Made by a program: the position numbers and the translations under genes
The notes under the pieces: model-generated
The model's database searches: none
Seen by the model: the letters and a program-made list of their open reading frames with translations, nothing else
Told to the model about the DNA's origin: nothing
Part shown: positions 45,633 through 56,756 of the stretch, piece after piece
Layout: each line of letters begins with the position of its first letter
Numbering within the stretch: position 1 is the stretch's first letter
Source of the DNA: Ignavibacteriota bacterium
GTDB taxonomy: Bacteria; Bacteroidota; Ignavibacteria; Ignavibacteriales; Melioribacteraceae
NCBI GenBank assembly: GCA_016708125.1
Contig: JADJGF010000001.1
Coordinates: 3,465,902 to 3,529,901 of the forward strand
Reading direction: 5' to 3'
Length of the DNA stretch: 64,000 nucleotides

Positions 45633-46370
45633 ATGGTTGAAATAGTTAAAAATGAAGCTATCGTTTTAAAGAAAATTAACTTCAGCGATACAAGTTTGAT
45701 TGTTCATTTCTATACTAAAGAACATGGAAAAATTTCAGCCTTAATTAAAGGTGCAAGAAGCTCAAAATCCAAAATCGGAAGTAAAATTGATTTGTTGAAT
45801 TGGGTGGAAATTGTTTACTACAACAAGGAAGAGAAAGAACTTCAATTAGTAACTCAAACAAATTTGATTGAACATTTCGCTGTAATAAAATCCGATTTAA
45901 ATAGAATTAAATATGCAACATCAATTTGTGAGCTGATAGTTAAATTGGTTTTAGAAAAAGATATTAACATTAAACTTTTTAGAGGTGTTACAAAAATTTT
46001 AACTATGATGAATAAATCACAAACTGATCCAATTTTATTATTTACTCAATTCTTAGTTTTTTTTATAAAAGAAATTGGTTTTGAACTTTCATTTAATAAC
46101 TGTTCAATTTGCGGAAATAAATTATTGGAAAATAATCAAAATGCATTCAGCTATTCCGATGGAATTATATGCGGAAATTGCAATTCGGATAAAATAACTA
46201 CATTCACTTTTTCTAAGGAACTTTTTAATTTATTTATGTGTCTAACCAACAAAAATAAGTCAATTTCTTATAAGAATAACGATTTAGAAAATATAATTTT
46301 TATTTTAGAAAAGTATCTCATTTTTCATAATTCAGAATTCAGTGGAATCAAATCATTACAAATATTATAA
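45633..46370 (+). CDS. recO: DNA repair protein RecO
   Basis: N-terminal OB pattern EAIVLKKINFSDTSLIVHFYTKEHGKISALIKGAR. C-terminal Cys4 zinc motif CSICGNK...CGNC. Confidence 0.85.
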   Translation: MVEIVKNEAIVLKKINFSDTSLIVHFYTKEHGKISALIKGARSSKSKIGSKIDLLNWVEIVYYNKEEKELQLVTQTNLIEHFAVIKSDLNRIKYATSICELIVKLVLEKDINIKLFRGVTKILTMMNKSQTDPILLFTQFLVFFIKEIGFELSFNNCSICGNKLLENNQNAFSYSDGIICGNCNSDKITTFTFSKELFNLFMCLTNKNKSISYKNNDLENIIFILEKYLIFHNSEFSGIKSLQIL

Positions 46371-46386
46371 AGGGAAGGTTTAAAAA

Positions 46387-47913
46387 ATGAAAACCAGAAA
46401 TTTATTTGGCAAAATTTCTTTAATAATTATAGGAGTTGTATTTGGAGCAATACTTGTTTCAAGTGCAGATTTAATAAAAATAAGCAAAGCAGAACATATA
46501 AATATTGGGAGCGAAAATTCTCCGGTTGAAAATTTAACTTTAACAAATTTTAATACGGCATTTATCGAAGTTGCAGAAAAAGTTACGCCATCAATTGTAA
46601 GTATAAATGTTGTAAGCACAGTAAAAGAAGATCCACATAAAGATTTATTTAATTTTCCATTTAACTTTCCGGAATTCAAAGATAAAAATCAAGACTTTAA
46701 GCGAGAAGGCGGCGGAAGCGGTGTTATCATTTCAAAAGACGGATATATTTTAACAAATAATCACGTAGTGGAAAATGCATCTCAAATAAAAATTCATTTA
46801 TTTGATAAACGAGAACTTGATGCAAAAATAATTGGAAAAGATCCGTTAACAGATTTAGCAGTTGTAAAAGTTGATGCAGAAAATTTGCCCGCAGCTTATA
46901 TGGGTGATTCAGACCAATTAAAAGTAGGTTCTTGGGTAATGGCAATTGGAAATCCGTTAAGTTATTTAACTTCAACAGTAACAGCTGGAATTGTTAGTGC
47001 AACCGGCAGAAATATCGGAATAATCAAAGATAAAGAAAATTATGGTATAGAAGATTTTATTCAAACGGATGCTGCAATAAATCCGGGTAATAGCGGCGGA
47101 GCTTTGGTTGATTTAACCGGAGCTGTTGTTGGAATAAATTCTGCAATTGCTACAAATGGATTTTCTTCAACATATATTGGATATGGATTTGCAATTCCAA
47201 TTAATATTGCAAAATCTGTTGCGCAAGATTTAATAGAAAATGGTGAAGTTAGTCGTGGCTACATTGGCGTTAGTATTACAGAAGTTGATGCTGCAACAGC
47301 AAAGGCAGTTGGTTTGGATAAGCCTATGGGCATAATGATTCAAAATGTTGTTGAAGACGGTTCAGCCGCAACAGAAGATATTTTAGCCGGTGATGTAATT
47401 TTGGAAATTGATGGAAAAGAAATTAATAAACCAAATCAACTACAAAGTTATGTTGCAACAAAAAGAGCCGGAACAGAAGTTCATTTAACCTTGTTTAGAG
47501 AAGGGAAAAAAATAACGAGAGATGTAGTTTTAAAAGCCAGAGAAAAAGATAAAGAGGAAACAACAGAATTAGTTTCTTCAAAAAAAGAAAAGAAAAAAGA
47601 TTCTAATAATATTCAAGAAATTAACTTAAAGGAATTGGGATTAACAGTGCAAGATTTAAATGATTCCGGATTAAAAAAATATAAAGTAAAAAATGGCATA
47701 TTGATTAAAGATGTTGAACAATTCAGTAAAGCCGCTGATCAAAGTTTATTTCCCGGATTGGTAATAACGCAAGTAGATAAAAAGAATATTAGTTCAGCTG
47801 AAGATTTTGAAGAAGCTATCAATTCAAAAAAAGGCGAAGCTGTATTGTTAAAATTATATGATGAACAAGGAAACACAAGATTTGTCGGATTGGAAATCCC
47901 CGATAATAAATAA
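46387..47913 (+). CDS. htrA: Do/HtrA-family periplasmic serine endoprotease with two PDZ domains
   Basis: GSGVIISKDGYILTNNHVV (His), DLAVVKV (Asp), NPGNSGGALVD (Ser), two PDZ-like regions. Confidence 0.9.
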   Translation: MKTRNLFGKISLIIIGVVFGAILVSSADLIKISKAEHINIGSENSPVENLTLTNFNTAFIEVAEKVTPSIVSINVVSTVKEDPHKDLFNFPFNFPEFKDKNQDFKREGGGSGVIISKDGYILTNNHVVENASQIKIHLFDKRELDAKIIGKDPLTDLAVVKVDAENLPAAYMGDSDQLKVGSWVMAIGNPLSYLTSTVTAGIVSATGRNIGIIKDKENYGIEDFIQTDAAINPGNSGGALVDLTGAVVGINSAIATNGFSSTYIGYGFAIPINIAKSVAQDLIENGEVSRGYIGVSITEVDAATAKAVGLDKPMGIMIQNVVEDGSAATEDILAGDVILEIDGKEINKPNQLQSYVATKRAGTEVHLTLFREGKKITRDVVLKAREKDKEETTELVSSKKEKKKDSNNIQEINLKELGLTVQDLNDSGLKKYKVKNGILIKDVEQFSKAADQSLFPGLVITQVDKKNISSAEDFEEAINSKKGEAVLLKLYDEQGNTRFVGLEIPDNK

Positions 47914-47935
47914 ATTTCACAAAATATTATTTTTG

Positions 47936-47967
47936 AAAACGCCTATATCTCATAGGCGTTTTTTTTA
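47936..47967 (+). terminator. Rho-independent terminator after htrA
   Basis: Stem AACGCCTAT / ATAGGCGTT, loop ATCTC, then a T-run. Confidence 0.85.
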
Positions 47968-47998
47968 TATTTAAATGCAAAATAATTAAGGAAAATAA

Positions 47999-49207
47999 AT
48001 GATTAGAATTCTTACTTCCGGCGAATCTCATGGGAAATCATTATCAGTAATTGTTGAAGGATTTCCATCAAATATTCCGATTACAAAAGAATTTGTTGAT
48101 AATCAACTTCGCAGAAGACAAATGGGATATGGTCGCGGTGGGAGAATGAAAATTGAAACCGATCAAGTTGAAATTTTATCCGGAATACGATTTGGTAAAA
48201 CTTTAGGCTCACCAATTTCTTTTAATATTGAAAATTCTGATTGGAAAAATTGGACTGAAATAATGAGTCATACTCCAATTAAAAGTAAAGTTGAGAAAAT
48301 TACAATTCCTCGTCCGGGTCATGCAGATTTAACCGGAATAAGCAAATTTAATTTTAACGATATTAGAAATTCAATAGAAAGATCAAGTGCTAGAGAAACA
48401 GCGGTAAGAGTTGCCGGCTCAACAATTGCCAAAAGATTTTTAGAAGAATTCGGAATAAATGTTGGAAGTTTTGTAGAAAGCATAGGTAATATTTATTCTA
48501 AAAATAATTTTGCTCAAAATTTATTTGATAATAATTTACCGAAGAATTTTTCAGCTCAAAATTTAGCAGATGAAGCTGATAAAAGTGAAGTCAGAGTTTT
48601 GGAAAGTGAACAAGAAAAAAAAATTATCAACAAAATTAAATCAGCTAAGAAAAATGGAGACACACTTGGCGGAAATATTATTGTTGTAGCAACTGGCGTT
48701 CCGGTTGGGCTTGGTTCATATATGCATTTTGATAGAAAACTTGATGCGGCAATTGCATTCGAATTTATGTCAATTAATGCAATAAAAGGAGTTGAAATTG
48801 GTTCTGGATTTTATTCAGCCGGTTTGTTCGGTTCAAAATCTCACGATGAGATAATTTTAGAAAATAATAATTTCTCACGAAAGACAAATCGTGCCGGCGG
48901 GATTGAAGGAGGAATATCAACTGGGTTGCCGATTATTGTTAGAGCCGCAATGAAACCAATTGCTACACTTATGCAGCCGATAGAAACTGTTGATTTAAAT
49001 GAGATGAAATCTGTAAAAGCCAGAAGAGAACGAAGTGATTTTGTTGCTGTTCCGGCTTGCGGTGTTATTGGAGAAGCTGCATTGGCTTGGGTTTTAGCTA
49101 AATTTATGTTGGAAAAATTCGGCGGAGATTCTCTTGAAGAAACTAAAATAAATTATAAAAATTATACTAAAAATTTATTTCAAAATATTAAGAAAAATTT
49201 TAAATAA
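47999..49207 (+). CDS. aroC: Chorismate synthase
   Basis: LTSGESHG, RRQMGYGRGGRMKIE, PRPGHAD, SARETA, RSDFVAVPA. Confidence 0.95.
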   Translation: MIRILTSGESHGKSLSVIVEGFPSNIPITKEFVDNQLRRRQMGYGRGGRMKIETDQVEILSGIRFGKTLGSPISFNIENSDWKNWTEIMSHTPIKSKVEKITIPRPGHADLTGISKFNFNDIRNSIERSSARETAVRVAGSTIAKRFLEEFGINVGSFVESIGNIYSKNNFAQNLFDNNLPKNFSAQNLADEADKSEVRVLESEQEKKIINKIKSAKKNGDTLGGNIIVVATGVPVGLGSYMHFDRKLDAAIAFEFMSINAIKGVEIGSGFYSAGLFGSKSHDEIILENNNFSRKTNRAGGIEGGISTGLPIIVRAAMKPIATLMQPIETVDLNEMKSVKARRERSDFVAVPACGVIGEAALAWVLAKFMLEKFGGDSLEETKINYKNYTKNLFQNIKKNFK

Positions 49208-49213
49208 GAATTT

Positions 49214-49852
49214 ATGATTGAATTAAAAAAATTTGTTTTTAATCCATTTCAAGAAAATACTTATTTAGTTTGGGATAAAATTTCTAATGAAACAATAATT
49301 GTTGATCCGGGTTGTTATACAAATAAAGAAGAAGAATCTTTATCCAAATTTATTGATGAAAATAATCTCCAAATAAAATATCTTATCAATACTCATTGCC
49401 ATATAGATCATATTTTAGGAAATGCATTTGTTAAGGAAAAATATAAATGCGAATTTTTTGCCCCAGAACTTGATTTACCTTTACTAAATAAATTAAGTGA
49501 TCAAGCAAAAATGTTTGGAATTTCCGCAAAAAAATCTCCACATCCAGATAACTTTATAACAGAAAATTTAGTACTAAAAATTGGCGAAAGTACTTTCTCG
49601 TTTTTGTTTACTCCAGGACATACTCCCGGTGAATATTGTATTTTGTTTGAAACTAATATTTGTATAAGCGGTGACGTTTTATTTCTTGAAGGAATTGGGC
49701 GAACAGACTTATGGGGTGGAGATTATAAAACTTTAATTAATTCTATTGAAACAAAATTATTTACATTAGATAATGCTACAAAAGTTTTTCCCGGTCATGG
49801 AGATTCAACAACAATTGGTTTTGAAAAATTGAACAATCCATTTTTAAAATAA
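49214..49852 (+). CDS. MBL-fold metallo-hydrolase (glyoxalase II-like)
   Basis: THCHIDH motif, TPGHTPG, GDVLF...GRTDL. Confidence 0.8.
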   Translation: MIELKKFVFNPFQENTYLVWDKISNETIIVDPGCYTNKEEESLSKFIDENNLQIKYLINTHCHIDHILGNAFVKEKYKCEFFAPELDLPLLNKLSDQAKMFGISAKKSPHPDNFITENLVLKIGESTFSFLFTPGHTPGEYCILFETNICISGDVLFLEGIGRTDLWGGDYKTLINSIETKLFTLDNATKVFPGHGDSTTIGFEKLNNPFLK

Positions 49853-49912
49853 CTTATGTTGATTATCCCAAATTGATTAAATAAATTACATCATCATTCA
49901 AATAAATTTATA

Positions 49913-50689
49913 ATGTTAGAAAATAATTTTACAATTCAAAAAAAATATAGTTTAATATTATCATTATTATCCGCAATTATTTTTATTTACATAATATTAT
50001 TTGAATTTATACTTCCGGTAAATCAATTATTACCGCGACCATCAATTTTAGTAGAGTCAATTCCATCAATACTTAAAGATTATAGTTTTATAAATAATTT
50101 TTTATTTACGGTTTCCATCATTTATTCAATATTTCTTGTTTCTTATTTTTTAATAAAATTAGTATTTCCGTATATTTTTATTACCTCAAATCAGTTTCCT
50201 AAATTGCTTCAACTTTTTCAAGTTTCAAATTATTTTCTTCCGGTATTTTTAGTTTTTCTATTTAATATATGGTTTAACAATTCCATTTGGGGAGAAATTA
50301 TTTTCATATTCATTTTGACAATGGGATTACTTAAAAGCGAAGTATTTTTAAGCTCGCATAAAGTTAAAGACGAATATATAATTTCCGCAAAAAGTTTAGG
50401 TTTACCTCAAAATAAAATAATTCAAAATGTAATTTGGAAATCATTTCAGCCGCAAATATTTGATGTGTTCAAGAAAAATCATTTTTTAATTTGGACTTAC
50501 TCAATAGTTTACGAATTTGTAAATAAAACAAACGGATTAGGAAAACAGTTTTATTTATCAATAAAATACGCTGATTTAGTTGTTATTGTTGCAACAATAA
50601 TTTTGTTGATGATTACATTATTTACTTTTGAATTTTTGATGAATAAGATAAAATTAAAATATTTCTTTTGGGAAAAACTTGATGAATGA
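49913..50689 (+). CDS. ABC transporter permease (SsuC/TauC-like)
   Basis: Six hydrophobic helices. EAA-like loop ISAKSLGLPQNKIIQNVIWKSFQPQI. Confidence 0.6.
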   Translation: MLENNFTIQKKYSLILSLLSAIIFIYIILFEFILPVNQLLPRPSILVESIPSILKDYSFINNFLFTVSIIYSIFLVSYFLIKLVFPYIFITSNQFPKLLQLFQVSNYFLPVFLVFLFNIWFNNSIWGEIIFIFILTMGLLKSEVFLSSHKVKDEYIISAKSLGLPQNKIIQNVIWKSFQPQIFDVFKKNHFLIWTYSIVYEFVNKTNGLGKQFYLSIKYADLVVIVATIILLMITLFTFEFLMNKIKLKYFFWEKLDE

Positions 50690-51434
50690 AAATATTTTAA
50701 AAGTTGAAAATATTTCGAAAGAATATAAAGATAAAGTTGGTTATGTAATTCAACTTTTGGAAAACATTTCATTTTCAGTATTTAAAGGTGAATTTGTTTC
50801 GGTGCTTGCGCCAAAGGGCTCTGGCAAAACTTCATTGTTAAAAATTATTGCGAGATTGGAAAATCCATCTTCTGGAAAAATTATTGAAGAGAAGAAAAAT
50901 ATTGTATTTATTCCTTCAAAACCTTCTTCATTTCCTTGGCTAAATGTTTATGATAATATTTCATTCAACAGTAAAATGAATGAAAAAGAAATTGCAGAAA
51001 TCATTAATTTAGTTGGATTGCATGGTTATGAAAATCATTTCCCAAATGCAAAAAGTGAAGGTTTTAGATTTCGAATTTCTCTTGGAAGAACTTTAGCAAA
51101 TAATCCGGATTTGATAATTATCGATGAACCATTTAATAATCTAAATGATAAAACTCGTGAAGAAATTTATTTATTGTTGAGAAAAGTTTTTATCGAAAAA
51201 AAAATATCAATACTTTTTGGAACAACAAATATAACTGAGGCATTATTCTTATCGGATAAAATTTATTTGATGAAAAAAAATCCCGGTGAAATTATAGAAA
51301 AGTTAAAAGTTGAATTATCAGCGAAACGTAATTTAGAAATCTTGGAGTCTGAGCAATTTCAATCTTCAAGAAATCAAATTGAAGATATTTTCAAAAAGAA
51401 ATTAGAAAGTAAACTTTATCATTTTTCCGTTTAA
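50682..51434 (+). CDS. ABC transporter ATP-binding protein with atypical signature motif
   Basis: Walker [10 protein letters not shown], Walker B LIIIDEPF. The LSGGQ position reads SEGFRF. Confidence 0.7.
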   Translation: MNENILKVENISKEYKDKVGYVIQLLENISFSVFKGEFVSVLAPKGSGKTSLLKIIARLENPSSGKIIEEKKNIVFIPSKPSSFPWLNVYDNISFNSKMNEKEIAEIINLVGLHGYENHFPNAKSEGFRFRISLGRTLANNPDLIIIDEPFNNLNDKTREEIYLLLRKVFIEKKISILFGTTNITEALFLSDKIYLMKKNPGEIIEKLKVELSAKRNLEILESEQFQSSRNQIEDIFKKKLESKLYHFSV

Positions 51435-51442
51435 TAATTTTT

Positions 51443-52987
51443 ATGTCTGAAAAAAATATTTATTTAGAAAACTTAAGAAATGAAGCTAAACTTGGCGGCG
51501 GTGAAGAACGTATTAAAAATCAGCATGAAAAAGGAAAATTAACTGCGCGAGAAAGAATCGAACTTTTAGTTGATGAAGGAAGTTTTGATGAAATTGATAT
51601 GTTTGTTAAACACAGATCAAATGATTTTGGATTAGACAAACAAAAATTTTTAGGTGACGGAGTTGTAACCGGATTTGCAAAAATAAATAACAGACCGATT
51701 GCATTATTTAGTCAAGATTTTACAGTTTTCGGTGGTTCTCTTTCCGAAGCACATGCTGAAAAAATTTGCAAGCTGATGGATATGGCAATGAAAATCGGCA
51801 TTCCCGTAATTGGATTAAATGATTCCGGCGGCGCAAGAATTCAAGAAGGAGTTGTAAGTCTTGGCGGTTACGCAGAAATATTTTTACGAAACACATTAGC
51901 CTCCGGAGTTATTCCTCAAATTTCTGCAATTTTAGGACCATGTGCGGGCGGCGCTGTTTATTCACCTGCAATTACTGATTTTATTTTCATGGCAAAAAAA
52001 ACAAGCCATATGTTTGTAACGGGACCAAATGTTGTAAAAACCGTAACTCATGAAGAAGTTTCGTTTGAGCAATTAGGCGGAGCCGAAACACATACATCAA
52101 AAAGTGGCGTTGCGCATTTTGCATTTGATAGCGAAATTGAAGTGTTGCACAATATCAGAAAATTAGTGGATTATCTTCCATTAAATTGGAAAGATAAATC
52201 TGTTGAAAAAGAATTTGATTTTAATGCAGATTTATTAATTCCGGAGCTTGATGATATTATTCCGGAAAATTCCACCAAACCTTACGATATGCATAAAATA
52301 ATTTCCAAAATTGTTGATGACGAAGAATTTCTGGAAGTTCATAAAAATTTTGCAGAAAATATTATTGTGGGATTTGGAAGAATTGGCGGAATTTCGGTTG
52401 GTGTAGTTGCAAATCAGCCGGCAATTTTAGCCGGAGTTTTGGATATTAATTCATCTGTAAAAGGAGCAAGATTTGTAAGATTTTGTGATGCATTCAATAT
52501 TCCGCTTTTAGTTTTGGAAGATGTCCCGGGCTTTCTTCCGGGAACCGAACAAGAATGGGGTGGAATTATAAAACATGGTTCAAAATTACTTTTTGCATTT
52601 AGTGAAGCAACAGTTCCGAAAGTTACCGTAATTACCAGAAAAGCATACGGCGGCGCTTACGATGTAATGAATTCCAAACATATTCGCGGCGATTTTAATT
52701 TTGCTTGGCCAACTGCGGAAATTGCAGTAATGGGACCCAAAGGTGCAGTAGAAATAATATTTAAAAAAGAAATTCAGTCTTCTGAAAAACCGGAAGAAAA
52801 ATTAAATCAAATGTTAGAAGAATATATTGAAAAATTTGCAAATCCGTATATTGCAGCGGAGCGTGGATATATTGATGATGTTATTAAACCAAGTGAAACC
52901 AAACTAAAATTAGTAAATGCATTTCAATTGCTAAAAACAAAAGTTGATACAAATCCAAAGAAAAAACATTCAAATATTCCGTTGTAA
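51443..52987 (+). CDS. Acyl-CoA carboxylase carboxyltransferase subunit (propionyl-CoA carboxylase beta / methylmalonyl-CoA decarboxylase alpha family)
   Basis: [59 protein letters not shown]. Confidence 0.9.
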   Translation: MSEKNIYLENLRNEAKLGGGEERIKNQHEKGKLTARERIELLVDEGSFDEIDMFVKHRSNDFGLDKQKFLGDGVVTGFAKINNRPIALFSQDFTVFGGSLSEAHAEKICKLMDMAMKIGIPVIGLNDSGGARIQEGVVSLGGYAEIFLRNTLASGVIPQISAILGPCAGGAVYSPAITDFIFMAKKTSHMFVTGPNVVKTVTHEEVSFEQLGGAETHTSKSGVAHFAFDSEIEVLHNIRKLVDYLPLNWKDKSVEKEFDFNADLLIPELDDIIPENSTKPYDMHKIISKIVDDEEFLEVHKNFAENIIVGFGRIGGISVGVVANQPAILAGVLDINSSVKGARFVRFCDAFNIPLLVLEDVPGFLPGTEQEWGGIIKHGSKLLFAFSEATVPKVTVITRKAYGGAYDVMNSKHIRGDFNFAWPTAEIAVMGPKGAVEIIFKKEIQSSEKPEEKLNQMLEEYIEKFANPYIAAERGYIDDVIKPSETKLKLVNAFQLLKTKVDTNPKKKHSNIPL

Positions 52988-53089
52988 ATATTTGATTAAA
53001 AAATCAGACAAAAACTTCAAATCTATTTTAATAATTGTTGTAAATTTCTTTTTATCAAAATAATTTGTAAATAAATAAAAGGTGAAAAA

Positions 53090-53767
53090 ATGAGATTAAG
53101 ATATTTTTCACATTCGGCATTTCAGATTAAAACAAATTCCGGAATCACAATTTTAATTGATCCGTTTTTAGATGAAAATCCAACTTCACCGGTAAAATCA
53201 AAAGATGTTGATGCAAATTATATTATTTTAACTCACGGACACGGCGATCATATCGGTGATGCATTCAAAATTGCAAAAAGAACAAACCCAATTTTTATTT
53301 GCGTAAATGAATTAGCAAATTATTGTATTTCTAAAGGATTTAATGCTCACAATATGCATATTGGCGGAGCACATAATTTTGAATTCGGGCGAATTAAATT
53401 TACAATTGCACATCACGGATCACAAACTCCGGATGGAACTTATGCTGGAGAACCAGCCGGAGTTCTTATAACTATTGAAAATAAAACAATTTACCATACC
53501 GGTGATACTGCACTTTTTTATGATATGAAACTTATTGGTGAAATGAACAAAGTAAATTATATGCTGCTCCCGATTGGAGATAATTTCACTATGGGAATAA
53601 AAGATGCCACAAAAGCTGTAGAATTTGTAAATCCAGATTTTGCAATTCCAATTCATTATAATACTTTTCCGGTAATTGAAGCTGATCCGAATGAATTTAA
53701 GAAAAGTGTAGAATCAATTAATAAAAAATGTATTTTAATGAAATTTGGTGAAGAGATTGAATTGTAA
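53090..53767 (+). CDS. UPF0173-type metal-dependent hydrolase (MBL fold)
   Basis: THGHGDH motif, ILIDPFL, HTGDT, PIGDNFTMG. Confidence 0.8.
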   Translation: MRLRYFSHSAFQIKTNSGITILIDPFLDENPTSPVKSKDVDANYIILTHGHGDHIGDAFKIAKRTNPIFICVNELANYCISKGFNAHNMHIGGAHNFEFGRIKFTIAHHGSQTPDGTYAGEPAGVLITIENKTIYHTGDTALFYDMKLIGEMNKVNYMLLPIGDNFTMGIKDATKAVEFVNPDFAIPIHYNTFPVIEADPNEFKKSVESINKKCILMKFGEEIEL

Positions 53768-53834
53768 TTTTAGGAATTTAACGTTAGTTTTTAATTTTAA
53801 AAAAGTATTTTAAGTATTTGATTTTTAGGAATTC

Positions 53835-54611
53835 ATGGCAAATATTATAGCAATTGCCAACCAAAAGGGGGGCGTTGGAAAAACATCAACAGCAATAAAT
53901 TTATCCGCATCAATTGCGGCGGCAGAATTTAAAACATTGCTTATTGATATTGATCCGCAAGCAAATTCATCTCACGGTTTAGGAATTTATAATAATGAAT
54001 CTTCCGTTTATAATGTAATTATTGGAAATGTTCCGATAGAAAATTGTGTTGTAAATTCTTATATGCCAAATCTTGATATTTTACCTTCGCATATTGATTT
54101 GGTTGGTGCGGAAATTGAAATTGTGAATATGGAAAATAGAGAAAAACTATTAAAAAAATCGCTCGCAGAAATAAATTCTGAGTATGATTATATAATTATT
54201 GATTGTCCACCTTCCTTAAGTTTGCTAACATTAAATGCATTAACCGGAGCGGATTCTGTTATAATTCCGGTTCAATGTGAGTATTTTGCTTTAGAAGGTT
54301 TGGGACAATTGTTAAACACAATCAATATTGTTAAAAAACAATTAAATCCAAGTTTGGCAATTAACGGCGTTTTGTTAACAATGTATGATCAAAGATTGAA
54401 TTTATCAAATCAAGTTGTTGAAGAAGTAAAAAAATATTTTGGTGAAAAAGTTTTTACAACAATAATTCATAGAAATGTAAAAATATCCGAAGCGCCAAGT
54501 CATGCAAAACCAGTAATTTTATATGATGCAATTTCATCCGGAGCTAAAAATTATATTTCGCTTGCTTCGGAAGTTATCAGTAGATGTAATCATAAACAAT
54601 TGAGCAATTAA
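53835..54611 (+). CDS. parA: Chromosome partitioning ATPase ParA/Soj
   Basis: Deviant Walker A NQKGGVGKTST, DIDPQAN, IIIDCPPSL. Confidence 0.9.
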   Translation: MANIIAIANQKGGVGKTSTAINLSASIAAAEFKTLLIDIDPQANSSHGLGIYNNESSVYNVIIGNVPIENCVVNSYMPNLDILPSHIDLVGAEIEIVNMENREKLLKKSLAEINSEYDYIIIDCPPSLSLLTLNALTGADSVIIPVQCEYFALEGLGQLLNTINIVKKQLNPSLAINGVLLTMYDQRLNLSNQVVEEVKKYFGEKVFTTIIHRNVKISEAPSHAKPVILYDAISSGAKNYISLASEVISRCNHKQLSN

Positions 54612-54614
54612 AAA

Positions 54615-55562
54615 ATGAATGATAAAAATAAACCGGCACTCGGAAGAGGATTAGAAGCTTTATTAAATCCTTCTATCAAAATTGAAAATCATGAAAATAT
54701 TGATTTATCAAATCAGAATATTAAAAATGATGACGGAACTTCTCAAGATATTTTGGCAAAAATTGATGTTGAAAATATTTCTCCAAATCCATTTCAGCCA
54801 AGAATTGAATTTGACGCCGAAGCTTTAAATGAATTAAAAAAATCTATTTTGCAAAATGGATTAATTCAGCCGATTACGGTTAGAAGAATTTCGGAAAATA
54901 AATATGAATTAATTTCCGGCGAAAGAAGACTTCGCGCAGTTAAAGAAATTGGATACAAAACAATTCCGGCTTATATAATTGTTGTTGAATCAAAAGAAGC
55001 AATGCTGGCATTGGCTTTGATCGAAAATATTCAAAGAGAAAAATTAAATCCCATAGAAATTGCTCATGCGTATAAAAGATTAATTGATGAATGTAATTTA
55101 TCCCAAGAAGAAGTTTCCGAAAAAGTTGGAAAAGATAGAACAACAATTACAAATACGATTAGATTGTTAAAACTTCCGGTGGAAATTCAAAATTGTTTGA
55201 TAAAAGATGAAATTTCTGCGGGACATGCAAGAGCTTTAATTAATATTTACGACGAACGTTTGCAGCTTCAGATTCTTGAAAAAATAAAAAAAGATAATCT
55301 TCCGGTTAGAAAAGTTGAGCAGATTGTTAAAACTTTGCTTGAAGGAAAGAAAACCGAAAATAAAGAAAATATTACTTTTAATGATCAAGAATTAATTTCC
55401 CAAAGAGATATTGAAAATAAACTTAGAATAATTTTTGGAACTAAAGTTATTTGCAAACAAAAGAAAGACGGAGCCGGGCAAATTACAATTGATTTTTACT
55501 CAAACGAAGAACTTGATAGATTATTTGATCTTTTTGATATCATTGAAAAAGCTAATTCTTAA
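54615..55562 (+). CDS. parB: Chromosome partitioning protein ParB/Spo0J
   Basis: LGRGLEALL, GLIQPITVR, ELISGERRLRA, and HTH LSQEEVSEKVGKDRTTITNTIRLLKLP. Confidence 0.9.
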   Translation: MNDKNKPALGRGLEALLNPSIKIENHENIDLSNQNIKNDDGTSQDILAKIDVENISPNPFQPRIEFDAEALNELKKSILQNGLIQPITVRRISENKYELISGERRLRAVKEIGYKTIPAYIIVVESKEAMLALALIENIQREKLNPIEIAHAYKRLIDECNLSQEEVSEKVGKDRTTITNTIRLLKLPVEIQNCLIKDEISAGHARALINIYDERLQLQILEKIKKDNLPVRKVEQIVKTLLEGKKTENKENITFNDQELISQRDIENKLRIIFGTKVICKQKKDGAGQITIDFYSNEELDRLFDLFDIIEKANS

Positions 55563-56052
55563 AATACTAATCTTATTTTTGTTCACATCAATTAATGTTC
55601 AAAGTCAGAACATTAATCAAGATTCAACTTTAACAAATAGTGAAGCCGATACAACTTTTATTATGACGAAATCCCCAACGGGAGCAATGTTAAGAAGTGC
55701 AATAATTCCAGGTTGGGGACAGTTTTATAATGAATCATATTGGAAAATTCCGATTATTTGGGGAGCTGCAGCTTGGTTTGTTTATGGGTGGCAAGGTGAA
55801 AATGATAATTATAATTACTTTAGTGATTTATATAACAAAAGTTTACTTGATCCGTCTAATAATTTAACATTAGTATATAAAAATATAAGAGATGGTTATA
55901 GAGATAATAGGGATTTATTTGCAATTTATTTGGGTTTAACATATTTTCTTAACGTTATTGATGCTTATGTTGATGCGCATTTATTTGATTTTGATATTGG
56001 AATGAATAGTTTTACAAAAGAACCGGAATTCAAAATTAAATTCAATTTTTAA
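55543..56052 (+). CDS. DUF5683 domain-containing protein
   Basis: SAIIPGWGQFYNESYWKIPIIWGAAAWFVYGW is the DUF5683 hallmark. In-frame TTG 55543 precedes the signal-like LKKLILKILILFLFTS. The track start at 55435 lies deep inside parB. Confidence 0.65.
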   Translation: MKKLILKILILFLFTSINVQSQNINQDSTLTNSEADTTFIMTKSPTGAMLRSAIIPGWGQFYNESYWKIPIIWGAAAWFVYGWQGENDNYNYFSDLYNKSLLDPSNNLTLVYKNIRDGYRDNRDLFAIYLGLTYFLNVIDAYVDAHLFDFDIGMNSFTKEPEFKIKFNF

Positions 56053-56756
56053 TGAATAATAATTTCAACATTTGCCAAAATTGCGGAGAAAAAAATCCGT
56101 TATATTTAAATAAATGTACAAAATGTCATCATTATTTTAGAGCTGCTGTAGTAAATATTGATTTATGGAGCACAATTTGGAGACTTTTTGAAACTCCAAA
56201 AGATGCGCTAAAAAATATAATTTATGCCGAACATAAAAACTTTATAACATTTCTCACTTTTTTTCTATCAATAAAGCTATTACTCATTTCTGCTTTTGTT
56301 CAATCTTTTGTTGATGATAGTGTAATGAATTCAAAAAGCTTTATTTACAACATTCTCATTCAAGCTGTTATTTACACTGCATTTTTTATATTTTTTTCAA
56401 TTTTATTAAATGTAGGATTAAAGAAATTCACAAAAACAAAATTTAAGAATACATTTGCCGTTACAATTTTTTCATTTATTCCAACTATCTTAACTCTATT
56501 TTTCCTAACCCCAATTGAATACGGAATTTTTGGTAAACATTGGTTTATATTTAATCCATCACCATTTTTGATAAAAGAAATTCCGGCTTACATTTTAACT
56601 TTAGTAGAATTAATTTTTATTATATGGAGTGTCATAATCTTTTGGAAGGGAATAAAACTTCAATCGAATTCAAACTTTTTTAGTATCGCAATGATAATAT
56701 TTTTTTTAATTTTTCTAATATCAATTATTTTGAAAATACCTTATATTATTTTTTAA
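56052..56756 (+). CDS. Zinc-ribbon plus Yip1-like multi-pass membrane protein
   Basis: CQNCGEKNPLYLNKCTKCHHYF followed by ~5 TM helices. Confidence 0.55.
   Translation: MNNNFNICQNCGEKNPLYLNKCTKCHHYFRAAVVNIDLWSTIWRLFETPKDALKNIIYAEHKNFITFLTFFLSIKLLLISAFVQSFVDDSVMNSKSFIYNILIQAVIYTAFFIFFSILLNVGLKKFTKTKFKNTFAVTIFSFIPTILTLFFLTPIEYGIFGKHWFIFNPSPFLIKEIPAYILTLVELIFIIWSVIIFWKGIKLQSNSNFFSIAMIIFFLIFLISIILKIPYIIF

Noticed and set aside
55435-55542. Long N-terminal extension of the DUF5683 gene
   Set aside because: It would overlap 128 nt of parB in another frame. The signal-peptide-like sequence begins only at the in-frame TTG 55543.
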